From the NCBI GenBank assembly GCA_964252035.1, contig OZ176208.1: a stretch of DNA of 64,000 bases; one strand, 5' to 3'. A program made the translations under genes and the position numbers. This DNA comes from Podarcis erhardii (lineage: Eukaryota). Position 1 is the first letter of the stretch, and each line of letters opens with the position of its first letter. Positions 48,847-59,650 of this stretch are shown one piece after another. A model generated the notes under the pieces. The model did no database searches and was not told the DNA's origin. It saw nothing but the letters and a program-made list of their open reading frames with translations.

Positions 48847-51618
48847 TAAAATTGCAGCAAATAACTTATTTTGTAAATCTCACTTTGAAATAAATTTATT
48901 TATCAATAAATAGCTCTGCATTTTAAATTCAAAACATACCTGTATTTCTTATCATTAAAAAGTTTCTAAATTTAGATTGCAACAATCTAACAGTGGATGG
49001 AAATAGGAAAGGGCCTCTCTAGCCTCTTTTAATTCTTGCACTGTAGGCAGGGCATCCAAGCATGCTATTGTAGGCCAGCCTCAACAGTCTGCGTGAACAG
49101 GTAAATATATTATAGGCTCCACAGGTCACCTGGATCCTACCAAGTTGAAAGCTACAGTACCCCTGATGGCCATCTGTTGTTAATCTGGAGATCCCATAAA
49201 CACTAGTGTTTATCAGCCAATTCTTGGCCAACACACCAAAGTTAATTGGGCCCTTTAACCAGGGGTCAAAATTTGCTCATTAGCAACTCAGTTCAATGGG
49301 GATTAAACATAACCAGTAATAAAGACCACAGACTCAAGACTAGAACTAAAATGAATCAGTCAGCTTATTGGTGTCCAGTGCTTCTTTCAAAGCATATTAT
49401 TATCTTTATTTGGAAGATAAATATACTCTGAACTTTGAATCACAGCACAGGAACATAAAAACAATGTAGTACTGCAAAAATAAAATATACTAAGAATTGT
49501 ATAAGAACAACATTAAAATAGCTTTAACAAAGCAATCCATCAGAGTTTATTTCCTTTCTTAATTGATGATTTGACTTATTCCAGTCCATCTAGTTGTGAA
49601 ACAGAATTTCTCACATATTAGCATTTTGGAATAAAGTTCAGTTACCCATCCATGGCTGTGAGCCAGGATCCTGTGGGTTTCAGCTGAGTGAAAACACATG
49701 AAGCAAAGTTGAACAGACAGCAAGTAGAGGGAGTTGGGGAGAAAGTTTCTTTGTAAAAGTAGGATGCTGTTTTTAAATTTACCATCATCTTAGATGCTAA
49801 CATCTCACATGCAGTGTTAGAAACTGAGATATGAAAGCTAAAAGCTAAATGGCACCTTAAGTCCAGGTTATGGGTGCAACAATGGAATGTCTAAGCACTT
49901 TTTTATAACAAAAATACAAAGCTGAAAATGAATGAACTGCAGCTAAAATACTAATTTTTCACATAGTCTAGGCCTTCACCTCCCACCCCCCTAATATTCT
50001 TAAGAGGGTATCTTCTCCAGTCTTCAGAGAGTAGCTGAAGTGGGGAGGCAGAAAAAGGTCCTCCTTTCCTTCTACTCTGCAATTTTAATCTGAAATCTTA
50101 AGCGCAGTACTGCGCTCAGAGCTCAGAAACTGTTCATGCTAATGAAATTCCCTGTTGCAAGATGTGCCTAGAACAATGGGAGTTTCGAGCACTGCTCACA
50201 TGACTACTGAGAATCAGCAAAAGTTCCCAATCAGCAAAAGCATGTCAAAATGTTGCAAAGCTTATTTTCTTTCATCCATTTTGATCCATCATGGCTGCTT
50301 TACTGTTTGCTGAAAATGACTGTAGTTGATGGTTATGTACTTAGTTGGGTTCTGAGTAACATATGCAGGGTAATTGTACAGAGATATGAGCATCATTTTC
50401 CTCTGTCTGAAAACTACCCAAGTGGTGCAGGGAAGGTACCTGAGCATTGCTGTCAATGTCCCTAATTTGAGATGGATGGTGCCTTGGCATTACCATTGGC
50501 TATTTGAAAAGGAGCTGTGAATATAGGTATGTTTTTAAGATTATCAATTCTGGCAGAAGTTAAGTAAAAACTAGGCAAATTTGTTTTAGTTTAAAAATAC
50601 TATCTCACCAAATATTTTTCCTACATCTACAATGAGTTTCCTACTTTCCTGTAGTAGTAAAAGTAGGAGGAACACAAATCTGTTCATTAATGCATTGCAT
50701 TGCCTGTTTTTTTTAGTATATGTCTAGCAGAACAACATTGTCTGGCAAACATCCTCTGCCAAGGAAAATGGCAAGGACATTGATTTCCATGTATCTATTT
50801 ATTTAAAAACCACCCTTTAAAAGATTCAGGATAGTATAGAAAAGAGCAAATAACAGCTAATTCAGAAAAATATAGATGCAATTGTAAACCAACAAATAAA
50901 TATAAAGGACAATAATGCATCAACAACAATTAAAACCTAAACAGGCAAAGATAATCTAAAATTAAGACATGAGTTTACTGATATGAGAAGAGACATTCCT
51001 TCAAGTATTTAGCCCAAACCAGTTAAGAATTTTTAAGGTAAATATAGCATCTTAAGTTGAGTTCAGAAGTAAATAGAGTACCAATGACATAACGCATGAT
51101 TGTGATTCAACATTTTTGTGCACTATAGAGATGTGTTATATTTATTCAGCATGATAAGTTTTAACTGCCAAATTGCTAGCCCAACTCTTATATGGTGTTC
51201 AGATTTTGATTTTGAATTCAAGTGTTGAAAAAGTTTGTTCAAGGCTCTTAAGGGCTATGTTTGGTGTCCCAAACTATGTAGCATCAGCAGCAGTCCTGAG
51301 CTTAGAGATGAGATTTGAATTCTAGAGTGAAGAGAGGAGACAGAGATTAGCTCTGACTAGAAGGTCAGATAATTATTTCCCCCACCCTTCAGGAACCAAG
51401 TTGCAAAGGTGAATGGGGACTTCCCATAAGTCAGTCCCGGGCTATCACAATGATGTTGGGTAACTCTTTTTGCCCGCATGGACACCAATGATCAACTGAT
51501 TGCTGGGTATTGTGAAGCCCCTTGCAAAACACTCAACAAGATTCAACACAGATGATTGTCAAGTCATGCAAACCACTGTGCACAGCACTCTGCACAAAGC
51601 TGTGTTGCATGTAAACAC

Positions 51619-51620
<2 letters not shown>

Positions 51621-51703
<83 letters not shown>
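51621..51703. repeat. Compound (AAT)n(ACTT)n microsatellite (LINE tail)
   Basis: Read directly. Confidence 0.97.
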
Positions 51704-51704
<1 letters not shown>

Positions 51705-51821
51705 TGCTGCCCATCTGACTGAGTTGCCCCAGTCACTCTGGGCGGCTCCCAACAAAGAACAGTAAAAGCAACAACAACATCAAACATTAAAAACTTCCCT
51801 GAACAGGGCTGCCTTCAGATG
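51704..51821 (-). mobile_element. 5'-truncated 3' end of a lacertid L2-type LINE
   Basis: gcccatctg...ccccagtcactctgggcggctcccaac...aaacattaaaaacttccctgaacagggctgccttcagatg, recalled as a common lacertid LINE terminus. Confidence 0.7.
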
Positions 51822-53622
51822 AACCAGGTATTTACATGCACCACAATCTGATGCCATATTTAACATCAGATGCAGGGGAAGTAGTTGTGTCTTGGCTGAA
51901 GTGTCTTCATAGGCTAAATAGGAAGACCTAGCAGACCCATGTAGGCCCACAAGCCAGAGGTTTCTTGCCCCTGCTACAGAGTCAAAAATTCAGTGCTAAT
52001 ATCCCCCTATTATCTCACACAGCTACCTATCTTCGGTTCATGTAGACCAGTTTGCAAGTACATAGATGAAGTTGCTAAGTAACAAAAATTGTGTTACGGT
52101 TTCTCTGTCACAGCTTCAAGCTAGATCTTTTATTAAATAAATAGGCTTCCAAAACCTATTTTCGATAGTCAAGACGACTTGTTCAGCTTTGGTATTTGGC
52201 ATTTCCAGTACATCTGTTAATTCTCAGACAAAATATCCACTGAACTTAAGCATAAAAAAATACAGGAGGGCATTCCTATCCTGCATGTTTCAGTGTGATA
52301 CCTTCAGCTCTTATGGAGAGGAGATTTAGGGTAACACCCTACTCTTATAAGTGATGTCTTTCTTCCTCAGAAGAAATAGAACCTTCATCCATGTTTTGTA
52401 ACTTTTATAGAGGTCTCCGGAAAGAGTTTATTGATCCAGTAACCATTTTGTATCTTTGAAGATTGCCTGCACATTACATTTCTCTTCTCTCTGATACAAA
52501 TAAGAGTATTACAGGATCTGTAGCTAAATTCCTGTCGAGAGAAATGAAGACATGAGGTAATATCTTACCTAAATCAATGTGGCCTTACTTTCCATAACAT
52601 ACAATACACCTATTTGACCTTATTTGCATGTTAATTGATGCATAGGTTTTATTGTGAGGTCTCTTAACTAGCTCAGTCAACTGAGTCATTGACAACTCAA
52701 TGTAGTTGTAGATGGAGTATTAAATTCTTTGTCTGTACCCATCAGAATTAAACCAGCTGAGCTCTGAACTAATCAAAGCTTCTGGGTCATCTTTAATGAG
52801 CTAGCCATAAATGTATGCAGATGACTGCAATAAAATTATATGTTGAAAGTAGTTTGGATCATAGGTGCCCCTGAACTTGCTAATGTGGCTGTGAACTAAT
52901 TGAGTAAGCTAAGAGAAGGTTCCCATGAAACTCCACTCAACAGCAGCTGAATCTGAAAGAAGCAGCCATCCTGTGGAAACCTAACCTGAAGAGCAGAGAG
53001 CAGACAGCCACCCAGAATGACCCCACAGTGCTGCATAAATCTATTTAGCAGTTTTAGCCACAACTGAGGACACTGTGACTACCTGGGTCAATGAAGCTTT
53101 CGACTTCCTAAACAGATGCCTCACCCTACCTACAACAAACTATTTTGGAAGCACACCAGAGTTCAAACACAATGTATAAGGAGGTCTGAAGACCCGCCAT
53201 TTATAAGGAATGATGTTAAGAGTAGAAATCCCAATGAACTTCTTCATGTTTGGGCTCAGAAAGAGATGATAGTTCTTCAAGCCCACATATTTTCCAGTTC
53301 AATTAAAATCTGTGCTAAAAAAACCAAGTAAGTTTGTGCACCACCTACCCACCTGCCCCCCTTACTACCAAGACATCCTTCCTGTCTGCCCCTCACCCCC
53401 AAGATCCAGTGGTAGCAGCAGTACATGGAAAGGGGAATTAGGTCTGTCCCTCTCTCCATGCTTTCTGTCCACCTAATACTCTGCAACCTCCAAGACAAAA
53501 AGCATAGCAGCCATGGGGAAGAGATAGCATGCCTTTCTAACTGCCAAATCAACAGATTAGAAGTATGTGAGACTGTATTTTGGTAGCAGGGGGAAAGAAG
53601 AGATGAGTAAATGGGTTGGCTA

Positions 53623-53751
53623 ACAGCCTTCCTGCAATTCCCTAAGTGAGTCTGTTGCCTTCAGGTGCACTGTCCTACTGACATCAACACTGGCAACAGG
53701 ACAGTGCACCTGAAGGCAACAGACTCACTTAGGGAATTGCAGGTAGGCTGT
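53623..53751. repeat. Near-perfect 54-bp inverted repeat (46 bp perfect) with 21-nt spacer
   Basis: 53631-53676 is the exact reverse complement of 53698-53743. Confidence 0.97.
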
Positions 53752-54462
53752 GAGGCACACATTGCTCTGTCCTTCAACATGCATTGCTTCTCTCTGCCTC
53801 CCATCACCTGCCACCTGAGGCAGTTACCTCACGCTGGTCTGAACTTCCAATATTTGTTCTTCCAGGCCGGGGGGGGGGGGAGTCCCATCCCCTCTGCCAC
53901 GTAAATGCACATGTTCACAATTTTGCATACCTAAAAACCCCACCAACATTTTACATCATTGCAGATTAGTTCAGCTCACTAACATACAATAGCTTAGTTT
54001 TGTATTCCCAAGACAATATAATGCAAATTTACTGAAGCAAACTTGCATGAGCATTAGTATATAAACGATAGAAGCATTACGTAAGGCTAAAAAGGGTGAA
54101 ACCTCAAAAGGTTGCGGAAGGCAAAATAATTTTATTTTACAGCATACTATGTCCAATGCATTTCAGCTCATCACCCCTGTAACAACATGCATAAAACAAT
54201 GCATTCTAAGTGAACTGCAATGTGGAATAAGATCTGCTGGCTCCTGAAGAGGCAGACATGCTGAAATAATAGGGAATACGATATTATTTTGCTTCCAGCA
54301 GTGTTCCGGGTCTTCAGAGATTCCTCTTTGGTGGGAAGGGAAGCTTCTTGTCCCTTAGGTGCCACCCATCTCTTTTTTCTGTTGGCATTATGAATAAACC
54401 AAGTGGCACAATCATTGCAAAGTTGCTTTGAGACAGTTTAACTTGACTAGTTTGTTTTAAAT

Positions 54463-54741
54463 CAGTGTGAGGAACCTATGGCCCAAGAGCCAAACTCTCT
54501 CCACAGTCCTGCTTCATGTTCTCCTTGGGTATTTTTGCCTGAAAGGAATGTGTCCTCGAACTCTGATAATGCCTCTTACTTCTCTGGATGGAAGATTGTG
54601 TGTGTGCATGTGTGCGAACGCATGTGCCTACTGTACAAGGATAAAATTTGCTCTGCCCAGTGTTGCCTTTACCCTCCTCTGGCATGAAGTCTGTCTAGAT
54701 GAGAATGTGGCCCTCAGAATGAAAAGGTTTCTCCACATCTG
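54463..54741 (+). mobile_element. hAT-like MITE, degenerate
   Basis: Ends CAGTGTGAGGAACCTATGGCCC and GGCCCTCAG...AAAGGTTTCTCCACATCTG; no clear TSD. Confidence 0.5.
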
Positions 54742-55128
54742 TTCAAAACAGAGCTAAACAATTTGCTAAACAAACAAAAAACTCCAAAGAGCTGTGTCAC
54801 CAAGCTTCTCTCTCTCTCTTTGCATCCAAACACCTGCAGGAAAGGCCCATGAGAGTGCTGCTTTTACATGGCAAAAAGTAGTGCCACTAATATTTGGGTG
54901 CCTGAGAGCAGTTTAATATCCATATTACCTTCCAAACTACTATAGGACAAAAATTCTTATTTGAATGAGTGTCATGTATGTCACAAATAATGGAAGGGGG
55001 AATGTGTTAATTCAGTGCTAGTAGACCATTTAAGGGTATGTTACTAGTTTCCCTTAAAGAAGTTCTTACCCCTCCCCTCAGAAAAACAAACTGTTTAGCA
55101 ACTAACTAACTTAAAGATTGTTACTACT

Positions 55129-55161
55129 AACCAACCAACCAACCAACCAACCAACCAACCA
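55129..55161. repeat. (AACC)n microsatellite
   Basis: Read directly. Confidence 0.95.
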
Positions 55162-55487
55162 GGGAAAAGGCCACTAACAATGGCAAACATGTTTACAGGA
55201 TTGCAGGACCTGAACCATCCACTAGCCAACTGGGATAAGGTTAAGAAGATACAAATAATTACAGAATAGTTTACTAGTTTGATAATTTGGAAAATTAAGC
55301 CGACTGTATTTGGGCATACATGACAGACTCTACAAGGCCAGAGTTTAAATTCTCAACCTAGAGTAGCAATTTACAAATATTCTGTAAAATGAAATAGAGC
55401 ATTTAGAAAATCAAGAAATAGTAGTATTGCTAATTCCAGTTCAATAAGTTGCATGGCTATTAATATAGATTCAGACAATAAACACCT

Positions 55488-55593
55488 TGGTGGTATTCAA
55501 CTAGGTTTTACGCAGAGTAGGCTTATTGAACTTATAGGACCTAACCTAACCATGGTCATTTATTTCAATGAGACTGATTAAAACTTAGTTGAA
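55488..55593. mobile_element. Second, more decayed copy of the Harbinger-like MITE at 48733
   Basis: ggtggtattcaactaggtttta...aaaacttagttgaa; the right end runs into (GATA)n. Confidence 0.65.
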
Positions 55594-55650
55594 GATAGAT
55601 GATAGATAGATAGATGATAGATAGATAGATGATAGATAAGATATAGATAG
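55594..55650. repeat. (GATA)n imperfect microsatellite
   Basis: Read directly. Confidence 0.93.
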
Positions 55651-56989
55651 GTAACATTTCATTACTGTCCCTGTTCAACCATGTCTAAGTTTGAATGAGA
55701 AATTGTGCTGGTATATATTTAGAAAATCAATGCAGCCTTAGTCCTTCCCTAGTCTTGCTGGTGCCATGCTCCTGAGAGCTAAACCATGGTTTGGCTTAGT
55801 ATTACATCTGAACCTAGGCTTGTGCTTTATCTCATTCTAAACCACAGCTGTTCTCCTCCACTTATTGGTTCTCCTCAAAATATGAACCTGCAGCAACCAA
55901 TTTACATGAGGGCAGGGGGAATCAATGCTCCTCAGCTGGCTTCTACTAATGTCCATTTATAATATTTATTTCCAATCTCTTTCCGCTTTCAAGAAGCTGA
56001 TGGCTGACAACAGTAGATAATGCCATGAAACAGAGAACAGTTTATTAAACACATTAAAAACAATACAGCTCAGAAAAAGGAAGTTAAACAGCTGCTTGGA
56101 CAGAACCAGCAGCAATTATCACACACATGTGTCTAAATAAAAAATGTTTTCACACTTCTAAAATAATAAGAGTTAGAATCTAGCAACTGCTTATTCATGA
56201 AGAAGTTCCAAAACAAGGGTGCCATGTTCTTGAAATTTGACTTCACAGATAGATAGAATCCAGAGCATGACATTTCTCCAGCTCACCTCCATCAGTTCAC
56301 TGAGGACTGTATAATCTCATTAGGTGGAATCCAAGTGGTGCCCATGCACTTGTGAAAAAGCTTTTGATCCAGTGGGCACCTCCGCTTACTGAAAGGGAGG
56401 TGAAGTGATTTGCACCAATTTGCAATTCCCTTTATGGACCTCCATACCACTTTCTACCTTGCTATGGAATGTTCCTCAAGCTGGGGGATGCATGAGATAC
56501 TGGCAAAAAAAGCCCCTCCCCTCTTCTTCCATTAATGGAGGCATCAATTGAATTAAAAGTCCTTCTGTGAGTGCAAGGGCACCAAATGAATGCCACTCAT
56601 TAAGTTTTTCACCCTACACTAATATGCTGTGTTTGGGGTGGAATGGTCTTACAACAACTCAGGGCAGAGAATGATTACCTAAGATCTTGAATAATCTAAA
56701 TGTTTGTTTCACACATCTAAAGTCACTGTATAATTACTTTTGTAATGTTAACAACCACCTGATTCATGACCTAAATATTATATTGTATGCCCGCACACAA
56801 ATTTTAAAAGTCACATATGTCTCCATCTCACATGTATGAAACTTTCATGCACACTTCTGCACAACCTCACGTGTCAAAAACTTCTTGCTTCATATAAGTC
56901 CCAGTGTGACTTCATGAGGATTAAGAAAAAACAAGTAGTTTGAAGAGTGAAGCATGTCTGCACACCTTGGTACCCAGGCCTGAGATGTA

Positions 56990-57088
56990 TATTTTAGGGC
57001 CTGCTTTATTTTTGTGATTGCAAGTTGTTTTAAGCTCTTTTTAACACTGTGTTTTAATTGTTGCAACCCACCCTGGGATGACAGAGTG

Positions 57089-57136
<48 letters not shown>
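56990..57136 (+). mobile_element. LINE 3' tail remnant ending in (TAA)n
   Basis: ttttaattgttgcaacccaccctggga followed by about 16 TAA units (57089-57136). Confidence 0.55.
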
Positions 57137-58147
57137 TTGCAAAATCCACACTTGCACACTTCTCAACAACAAAAATTAACAGAATTCACTGGTAAGCCAT
57201 AAATATTTATGCAATAGTAATGCCTGAGGAGTTAGTATACAGTTTTATATTTTTTAATGGTTTTGTAAGACTTAAAAAACAAATCTAGGCCACAATTCAG
57301 ACAGCCATGCAAGAAGACTGGCACCACCCAAAGGGGTTTTTGACCTCTATTTCTCAAGCAGCAGCCTCCTGCACATCATGGCAAACTGCTTTAGAAATTC
57401 AGGGGAATTTCCAAAGCAGTTTGATCAATGCGGCATTGGGGGTGGGGCAGGGAAGGGGGGGGGGAATCTGCCATTCAAATAAAAAACAAAAAAGACAGAT
57501 GCCCAGCTGGGTACACCTAACAGCTCTCTAGATCGTGGCCTGAAATCTTTGGCATTCAAGGCCCACACTTCTAAAGATTTTCTATTTTGCCTATGAATGC
57601 TATTTTCACAAACAAGGAACAGTACCTTCCTATGGGATTACAGCATGACAGAGGTGTAGTTGGCCCGTGGGATTAATTAAAAGGGCTAGCATTTATTGCT
57701 TGCTCCTTTTAAATTGTTCCCATTTTCGTTAAACATTACTGCTTTTTAAGTTGGTCATGGTATGCCAAACCAAAATGACACAGACCTTTCATGCAAATAC
57801 AGGATAATATTGGTTACAGAAGTATTCGACATCACTATACGCCTTCAAGAAATCTTAACTTTGTATTTCTTTTCAAGTCAGAAGTTAGCTGAAACATACT
57901 CTATACAAAGTATAATATTTCAAAGTTCTCTGTTTAGAAGCAAGCAACTTCCATATTTTAAAACATGAAATACCAAAGTATTAAATCACAACTGACACCA
58001 CGGCAGGCATCTGTTGTTCTACTACAATTTAACAGCCCCATTATATCCACAATCAAAGCAAAATGAGCATGTATACAGGCAGTTACAATTTAAAATGAAA
58101 TTTAACGAAAGCCTGTTCCCAAAATAAGGAGAATTTGCTATACTTAC

Positions 58148-58207
58148 TGAATGTTTCTCCTGCTGGCCCATAACTCCATGGTTAGCTGGGATTGCAAGAG
58201 GTTTCAT
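58148..58207 (-). CDS. RAPGEF2: First coding exon of short isoform, MKPLAIPANHGVMGQQEKHS
   Basis: ATG at 58207, 60 nt, donor TCA|GTAAGT, phase 0; matches the recalled N-terminus of the 1499-aa human isoform. Confidence 0.95.
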
Positions 58208-58499
58208 AATGAACAAACATATGCTGAACTGAATTTACACATCATGTACCAATTTCTCATGGATAGCAAATCATCCTCTACTGCATTAAACTAAACAAAC
58301 AAAAACCAAGGGAAAAACCAAGCCAAGAGCTCAAAGTGCCGTTCACAAAATCTCTCACACTTGTAGTGCAGAAAAGCAATCCAAACAGCAGCAATTGTCT
58401 CCATTTTTATAACACTCGAAGTCTTAAGCGTGCAAGGATGTAAAGTGCCTGGCAACACCATACATATCCAGCATTCTTCTACAAGAACGAGAGCATTCC

Positions 58500-59650
58500 C
58501 TGAGAGCGAAAGGGAGGAAAAGGGGGGGGGGGGGAGAAAAGCTAAAATGGCTGACTGCACACAGACTCCCTCAAAAAAGCTTAATACAGTATTATATTAG
58601 TAAGGGTGCGGGAACCAGCTTCCTGCATTCAGCCAAGCATTGTTAATACTCCTGTTTAATTTGCAATCACAGTAATAAAGAGCCCCTCACCCCCTTAAAA
58701 AAAAATAAAAAATCAGGGCAGAGCATGTGAATAGGGACCTCCCCTCTGGCTGCTAATGATGCTGACAGGGTGACCAGTGATCTCTGTTCCACTCAACTAA
58801 CCAAGTTCACACAATTAATCCAAGCGGCATGACATTGACGGACATTTAATTTAATGATGCCTGTCCCTCACATTCAAGGAAACCATGCCTACCATCAAGA
58901 GAGTCACTAAGGGGAAAAAACCAAAAAGAAAAAAACCAAAAACACCAAAGGCACATACACAGAGAAAAACCTAGAGAATCATGAGTCTGAATGTAATACG
59001 CCAATATAATTACGTTATTGTGCTTACTTTGGAAGACCATGGCTGCAGGCAGTTGGCATAGCAACGCACAAGGAAAGCCATTTCCTGGGTAGAAAGAACG
59101 CTTCCTTTTCTAAATAAAAAATTCCTCTTAGGATACAAACGGCATTGCTGCTTCCTGCAGAAAGCAAAGACACTGTAGTCTGTCTCTTAACCTGCACACA
59201 GGCACACTCAATGCAGTTCTAATGATGTAAGTGGATCTCTCTCTCTGCCTCCCTCCCTCTCCCCCTATACATCGAAATATTCAACTCAAATGGAAGACAC
59301 ATTCCTTGCGGCTTGCCCCCTCGGCTGCTTAACTATTTCACTCATTAAGGTACAGATGGACAATTCAGATAGAGTAACAAGCGCTTGCCTGTATTATGTC
59401 AGCTTCTGTAGGTCAAGCAAATCCCAAAGGGGAAGGAATCCATTGATTGCTGGCTCCAATGAATACCACTGAAGGCAGGGTGGGAATAAGGAGAAAGACT
59501 TACTTGAACAGGCTCCGAACTAAATATCATTTTTCACCAAGGTGAATATAAAGCAATGGTGTTTGCTGCCACCTCCTCCCCCACCCTCCCCCACCCAAAA
59601 ATAATGTTGCGGCAAAGCTGTAAATATCTCTATCAACTGCTTAATAATGG
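58500..59650 (-). promoter_or_regulatory. Putative alternative-promoter region for the short isoform(s)
   Basis: Lies upstream of the start exon. Has a TATA-like TATAATA (58590-58596, minus), a YY1-like AAAATGGCTG (58544-58553), a G-tract cluster (59578-59596) and more CpGs than flanking intron. The TSS cannot be determined from sequence. Confidence 0.5.
59504..59530 (-). CDS. RAPGEF2: Candidate alternative first coding exon MIFSSEPVQ
   Basis: aaaATGATATTTAGTTCGGAGCCTGTTCAA|gtaagt: 27 nt, phase 0, in frame with exon 41982-42113, with an in-frame TGA just upstream of the ATG. Confidence 0.5.

Larger units (their letters stand above)
1475..58207 (-). other. RAPGEF2: RAPGEF2 (PDZ-GEF1) gene body, short isoform; 23 coding exons in window, last exon beyond the left edge
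   Basis: Translated exons match the recalled vertebrate RAPGEF2 protein in order (cNMP-binding, REM, PDZ, RA, CDC25 GEF, C-terminal PY motifs). All junctions are GT-AG and phases are consistent; summed CDS is 4450 nt. Confidence 0.98.

Noticed and set aside
49100-49200. Possible RTE/BovB LINE fragment (KLKLQY...GHL-like)
   Set aside because: The similarity is too short and degenerate to support without an alignment.
50101-50116. 16-bp perfect palindrome agcgcagtactgcgct
   Set aside because: About one perfect 16-bp palindrome is expected by chance in 64 kb (64000/4^8).
52563-52575. Minus-strand ttag|gtaaga as a recursive splice site
   Set aside because: There is no polypyrimidine tract upstream and the intron is only about 16 kb.
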